NCBI GenBank assembly: GCA_000934665.2
Contig: JYFJ02002430.1
Span: forward strand, 1-57,082
Length of the DNA stretch: 57,082 nucleotides
Source: Catajapyx aquilonaris
Taxonomy: Eukaryota
Direction: 5' to 3'
Shown one piece after another: positions 53,226-57,082 of the stretch (positions are counted from its first letter, which is position 1; every line of letters begins with the position of its first letter). The position numbers were made by a program, and so were the translations under genes. The notes below the pieces were generated by a model that was given only the letters and a program-made list of their open reading frames with translations, was not told the origin of the DNA and ran no database searches.

Positions 53226-53387
53226 CAGTGTTGGACATTAATCGAGGCATATTGCTAGCGATATTTTCCGAAGCGGCAGAAAAAGGAATCGAAGATAAGG
53301 ATACTGCAAGCCGGGCGAGCAAAATTCCTTTTTCTGCCGCTTCAGAAAATGTCCCTGGCAGTATGCCTCGATTTATGTCCAACACTG
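53226..53387. mobile_element. Tc1/mariner-type MITE
   Basis: TA|CAGTGTTGGACATTAATCGAGGCATA...TATGCCTCGATTTATGTCCAACACTG|TA, with inverted arms of about 60 bp. This explains the mirror-image ORFs 53120-53446 and 53182-53421. Confidence 0.88.
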
Positions 53388-53602
53388 TACGTGCATTCTT
53401 CCCTGTTAAATCAGATCTCAAATTATTTGTTAATAATATATGTTAAAACTATCCAACTTCATGATAATAGGGATTCGCAATAAGGAAACCCATATAAATA
53501 CTGCTCCGGACATTAATTTTAATTTTAATATACAGTGTAAGAAAGATATATACATACATTATTCTAACATCCTACGCTAGAACATTCTGGAACAAAGCAA
53601 AA

Positions 53603-53909
53603 TCTATATAAATAAAGCCGTTTGTGAGTGAGTCTGTCTGTCTGTCTGTCTGTCTGTCCGCCTGCCAACCGTCATTTGCCTGCCATCTGTGCTCCACCCC
53701 CAGGCCGGGAGAGGATGGAGGTGTTGGGGGTTGACTACATATGGCAGGCAAATGACGGTTGCGGTTATACAGGCGGGAGAGGTTGAAGGTGTTAGAGTAG
53801 CAGGACCACAGATGGCATTGGTGGCCGGACACACAGAAAGACAGACAGTACTGGCAGGTGTTTTCCCTTCATTCATTTCTTCCCGGGCAACGCCGAATGC
53901 CGCAGCAAG
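53603..53909 (+). mobile_element. Non-autonomous Helitron
   Basis: 5' A|TCTATATAAATAAAG, an internal (TCTG)n tract, and a 3' subterminal hairpin-like CCCGGGCAACGCCG followed by CAAG|T (degenerate CTAG|T). Confidence 0.7.
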
Positions 53910-54881
53910 TTGTAAATTTATAGCAAAATGTTGTACACAGCATGCGGGTAGCCCCTCTAATAAATTATTACTTGACAATATTTCTCCGTGATAGCATACA
54001 GTACTTCACTCACTTACATTAATTCTAGAGTGCACACACTTTTTCAACACTCATGATGCATACCTGGGTAAATTTGTAACTTCAATATTTTTAAAATTAT
54101 TTTTCATCAGTTGTAAACATGATTAGAAAATTAGATAGACCATATTCATAAGTATTTTTATGACACTGACTGGTTAGAAAAATAACAACTTAAATAAATG
54201 ACACTATTGCTTTTTGACATTATTGACGACAAATCCAGTCAAAATCACGGCACACTTTTCAATCACTTTCATTGTCGGTATCGTTGTCACTGACAGTTTC
54301 AGAAATATTGCAACTGCTTCGGTTGGTTCAGATGAATTAAGGCAGTGGCAACTTTCGCGGAACTATCCAAGACAGAAGATACACTGTATCCAAGGGCTTT
54401 TATTCTTTCCACAACTGAATTAATAAGCATATAGGCTTACCTCCTTTTGTTGTTAAGCCCGTCTTAGGTAGTTTGTTGCTGTCTTTGTTCAACAACGTGC
54501 TTTGCGTCGGAGCCGTCTTTAAGCGTACACAAAACGTAAGAATTTTCTTGATTTTTCATAAGCACTGTTTGCAATATAATAATGAACAATTTTCATAATT
54601 ACAATAATAAATATTGTAAGTTACATGTAAATTTAAACTTTCAAATTCAAAATTTTGCAAATTTAAATTAATAGCTCATCTAAATGACATTTTTTATTAA
54701 GAGTCATATTCATAACTTTTTTTCCACTCGCAAACCGAAACAATACCTGTCTTCACCCCAAGTGACAAAATTCCGCTCGAAATATTTTTACCGTGTAAAT
54801 ACGTTCTTGACCTACAATATATTGAAGACTGATCAAACAAGGTGTAGAACATATACGGAACTTTTCTCCGTAATAAATAAT

Positions 54882-55182
54882 TATTTATTTATTTTGTATT
54901 GCCCCGTGATAGGGTCTTGGGCCCTTTTAAGGGGGGAAGGGGAGATTCCCAGGGGGGCGTCTTAAATAGTTTCTAGTCATTTCAGACCTTCTTAAATGCC
55001 ATACCGTACCTTTTCTCTTGGTCTTTGGCAGAGAAAGGAGTGCAAGTCTGCCCGGGGACAATCATGTCGGGTGAAAAGCAGAAAAAGACCCGACCAAGCG
55101 AAGGTGACGGGGATGGGCTTTGAACCCCGGACCTCCCGCTTGGTTGGCCAGTAGCATAGCCACTAGACCACCATGCCCCCCG
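54882..55182 (-). mobile_element. tRNA-derived SINE, family B
   Basis: Minus-strand head with TGGTCTAGTGG (A box) and GGGGTTCAAAGCCC (B box). TSD GTAATAAATAAT at 54870-54881 and 55183-55194. 3' stem-loop shared with family A. Confidence 0.8.
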
Positions 55183-55289
55183 GTAATAAATAATAATTTG
55201 TCTAACGTCTGTGACGAAGTTGGACAAGTTTACCCTAAGTATCCCTACTAAGTTAATATTGGCAAAGTAGATATCCCTGAAACGCCATA

Positions 55290-55295
<6 letters not shown>

Positions 55296-55334
<39 letters not shown>

Positions 55335-55621
55335 TGATACCCCATTATCAGCCCTTTGGGCTTTAGGGGGGGATTTCTCCCAATTTTTTTGTCTGGAACT
55401 CTTTCCATTTTTACTATACTTTTTCATCGGAATTGAGGCAAGGATAGGTAAGGAAGGAAGCGGCTGTGGCCTATAATTACGGTAACGACCCCGGAATTAT
55501 TCTGCGATGACCATGGGAAACCACAGAAAACCATGATCAGGGTCGCCGGCCTCCGGGATTCGAACCCAGGACCTCCCGATTAGCAGTGGACACCATACCA
55601 CTACACCACTACTGCTTCGGT
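55296..55621 (-). mobile_element. tRNA-derived SINE, family A
   Basis: Same body; B box GGGTTCGAATCCC on the minus strand. TSD GCCATAAATAAT at 55284-55295 and 55622-55633. Confidence 0.9.
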
Positions 55622-56251
55622 GCCATAAATAATTATGTCTTTCCTAGCAGAAATGAACACTCTATTTGTATTTGTGACGTCACCTTTGTTGTCATTGTTT
55701 TGACGCGTTTATAAATCAAGTCAGTCCAAGCTTAAAATAAATCAGAGAATAACAAGATGTAAAATATTAACATATAAAAAGTTACTTGCCGGTGGTAATA
55801 GCTTTAAGAGATGAAATTGTCAACGGTGCTGACTGATTCAATCTCAACAACTAACTGTTCAATCTGAGAACGTGAGGGGAATTTTTTCAAAAAATAATCT
55901 TATGGAGAAAGGGGGGCGCATTTCTCACCGAGATGTCTTTACACTGTCACAGCCTAAAACCCAAGGGCCTTTTCAGTAGTTTTTGCCATCAATACTGTTC
56001 CGCTTGGGATTCAGAGCAACGATGCCACTACCATATCTCAAGTGTCGTTTTCCACGCCTTTTTTTTTTTGGTCCCACCCTTATCTCTCCTTTTATTCCAA
56101 ACATACCGCAAAACTTTTCCAGACACTTCTGCATGCTGGTTCAGGTCCGATGTTTCATTTTTCAGTCTCTGGCATCACAACAGACAGGAATCCCTAAAAC
56201 GAATCCTGGCAGCTTCTAGACTTTCTCACGTTATTTTCTATTCATTTACAG

Positions 56252-56408
56252 GCACAGCGACCTTCCCTGGAACATCAGAAAGTTTGTACACAGTCAACTG
56301 AAGGACTTTAACTTTGCGGCGGATTTAAGGAGAGTGGAGCCCTGGTCTCGAAGTCATTGGTCGCATACTGATCTGCAGAGGCTTAGGACGGGGATGGTGG
56401 GCGGACAG
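56252..56408 (+). CDS. DPEP: Membrane dipeptidase (peptidase M19, DPEP-like), second coding exon; gene continues beyond the window
   Basis: Acceptor TTATTTTCTATTCATTTACAG and donor CAG|GTGAGT. The phase-2 junction gives G-HSDLPWNIRKFVHSQLKDFNFAADLRRVEPWSRSHWSHTDLQRLRTGMVGGQ, matching the M19 motifs DGHxDLPW and HTDxxRLRxGxVGxQ(FW). Confidence 0.93.
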
Positions 56409-56429
56409 GTGAGTACTGGTTCTATCCTT

Positions 56430-57082
56430 TGTCAGGAACCCCCACCTGCGGGGTCCCTGGCTCCGTACTAGCTCACGGGTTCAATCAAACACGGACACCG
56501 GATGAGGTATAAATGTAACTGTATTTGGCCACAGGCCCGCCTGCACAGTCGCAAAGCGGGGAAGGGAATGTTATATCGGGGAAGGGAAAGGGAAGAAGGC
56601 GAACCCCCTCCTCCGACATGGTTGCCTCTTTCCCGGCCACCACGTGGCGGAGTTGCCACGTGGTGTCACAATTCCTCCCACCACGAAAAGCATGAGCAGA
56701 CACCTGCTCATTACAGTACTCAATCACTTCAAACAATCAAAGCAATTATGGAAAAAAAATCACTTCAAAAATCCCCCACGAAAATTTCATGAACGCTCAC
56801 ATGCACCCTGACATGTAAATATTAGTCCACACTGCTGGATCACAATTCCGGCGTCCAAACAGCAGCACCCACACAGGCATCCAGGTCCACAGAAGTCCAT
56901 GCAGCATACGCCAAACACACTTGGCAGGAGGTCCCATCTTCTGGAAGCTCCAGGGAAGATCCTCCCCCGATGACGATATCTTTTCTCCTCCGGTTCTCCT
57001 CTTCATCCTGCTGACCCCCAGTCAGCACAGCCATCTGCACCCGCGTCAACAGTGGTACAGCAGCTGACGACGCCGGAGATGA
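56430..57082 (-). mobile_element. Probable 3' end of an LTR retrotransposon (LTR 56430-56670, polypurine tract 56671-56683), truncated by the window edge
   Basis: On the minus strand the purine tract TGGTGGGAGGAAT directly precedes TGTGACAC..., and the 241-bp segment ends ...CCTGACA (TG...CA termini). A GC-rich open frame runs from the window edge to a stop near 56840. The second LTR and TSD are not visible. Confidence 0.5.

Noticed and set aside
53120..53446. Two opposite-strand ORFs with similar peptides
   Set aside because: Artefact of the palindromic MITE at 53226-53387.
55540..55621. tRNA-like sequences with A and B boxes (also near 11800, 23300, 45380, 46230, 55130)
   Set aside because: They are SINE heads followed by SINE bodies and TSDs; no complete cloverleaf is evident.
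55933..56301. 122-aa ORF overlapping the second dipeptidase exon
   Set aside because: It runs through intronic pyrimidine-rich sequence and is out of frame with the M19 motifs.

Overview
AT-rich eukaryotic genomic DNA, most likely from an arthropod or insect (inferred from the dipeptidase exon structure and the SINE types). Most of the window is non-coding. Two spliced + strand protein-coding genes are visible, and the ORF track largely misses both. (1) A complete 4-exon gene, join(38182-38232,38291-38425,38634-38849,38987-39202), encoding a 205-aa secreted, helix-type protein whose prolines fall on an 11-residue register, as in exchangeable apolipoproteins. (2) The first two coding exons (41550-41716, 56252-56408) of a membrane dipeptidase (peptidase M19, DPEP-like), separated by a 14.5-kb intron; the gene continues beyond the window. 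The rest contains tRNA-derived SINEs of several families (many with clean target-site duplications, four body types sharing a 3' stem-loop), Tc1/mariner-type MITEs, palindromic foldback elements, a non-autonomous Helitron, the probable 3' end of an LTR retrotransposon, LINE relics and microsatellites. Other signals worth checking: a consensus AG|GTAAGT recursive-splice-like site at 6988/6989, and an excess of TACAGTA/TACTGTA and TAGGCCTA motifs that look like transposon excision footprints. All calls were made by eye; no database searches were run.
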